Under the pieces are notes generated by a model. That model worked only from the letters and a program-made list of their open reading frames with translations, ran no database searches and was not told the DNA's origin. Below are positions 63,613-64,000 of a DNA stretch of 64,000 nt, in pieces (position 1 is the first letter of the stretch; the number at the start of each line of letters is the position of its first letter). The position numbers were made by a program, and so were the translations under genes. Origin of the DNA: Bdellovibrionota bacterium (GTDB lineage Bacteria > Bdellovibrionota_C > UBA2361 > OMII01); assembly GCA_044345405.1 (NCBI GenBank), contig JBIJBE010000003.1:8427-72426 (forward strand), given 5' to 3'.

Positions 63613-64000
63613 ACCTTTGGGTGTCTCATCGTGACGCTAATCTGTCAGACGACGAGCGTCGCACCATTCCGTCAAATGAGGCAACACGGGAGGGCTTTGT
63701 GAAGAACGACCTTACCGCTAAAGCTCTCTTTGACGCGATAAGCCGGTTAAGCGCTCCAGCTATGCTTGCCGCTGGCGCTCTCGCGCAGCGAAAAGTTGAA
63801 CGGCTCGGTCGGGTCGCGATGATGGATCAGGACCCGTTCAAGGTTTTCTTCGATACCCTATTTGTCTTTGATCCTGAAAAAGCGAACATAAACAAATCGA
63901 CCTCGGAGCAGTTCATCCCCTACCTATGGGCTCGACTGGAGGCTCGTTGGTTAGAGTCAGATAAGCGCCGCTGTGAGGCTACGGCTGTTCGCACCGCGAA
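63613..64000 (+). CDS. 5'-truncated paralogue of the 60587-61789 gene (partial, runs off the window). It may be a pseudogene or a gene fragment.
   Basis: The in-frame translation DLWVSHRDANLSDDERRTIPSNEATREGFVKNDLTAKALFDAISRLSAPAMLAAG... is ~85% identical to residues ~125 onward of the first copy. Homology starts immediately after the inverted REP. Confidence 0.5.

Noticed and set aside
1-64000. Search for tRNA, rRNA and CRISPR arrays
   Set aside because: No T-loop-like GGTTCGA(A/T)TCC motifs, no rRNA-like conserved segments and no regularly spaced direct repeats with unique spacers were seen. The only tandem arrays are the 223-bp repeat and the RAYT-associated REP array, neither of which is CRISPR-like.

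Overview
This is a 64 kb window of high-GC (about 58-60%) bacterial chromosome. It comes from a Gram-negative diderm, shown by LpxC, an RND/OMF tripartite efflux pump, many lipoproteins and a beta-barrel OMP. Coding density is high on both strands. Housekeeping genes: type-2 (eukaryote-like) isoleucyl-tRNA synthetase, biotin synthase, porphobilinogen synthase, a dapC-dapD-dapE succinylase-branch lysine cluster, DAHP synthase, and a GlpD/GpsA-like glycerol-3-phosphate dehydrogenase pair. Accessory and regulatory content of interest: (1) a compact non-flagellar type III secretion locus with unusual gene order (FliA-type sigma-28, SctJ, SctQ, SctV, small coupled ORFs, a TPR lipoprotein and a REC-HisKA protein); (2) a response-regulator receiver domain fused to the LpxC deacetylase, divergent from an HDOD protein plus a PAS histidine kinase; (3) a peroxiredoxin (Bcp) carrying a histone-H1-like Lys/Ala tail; (4) a collagen-like secreted protein; (5) a cluster of a HAD-IIA phosphatase, a 647-aa guanylate-kinase-like P-loop/nucleotidyltransferase-like protein and a metallophosphoesterase; (6) an REP-associated tyrosine transposase (RAYT/IS200-like) flanked by its own REP array, which has truncated purF and sits next to a duplicated paralogous gene; (7) a second dispersed palindromic repeat family (GGGAGGGCGACC ... 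GGTCGCCCTCCC) placed just downstream of stop codons at six or more loci; (8) a tandem 223-bp repeat rich in ACGT palindromes at the window edge. No rRNA, tRNA or CRISPR array was recognised. The lineage cannot be assigned from sequence alone. Several features (type-2 IleRS, sigma-28 next to T3SS genes, dispersed T3SS genes, a histone-H1-like tail) recall the Chlamydiae/PVC lineage, but the GC content is far higher than in known chlamydiae.
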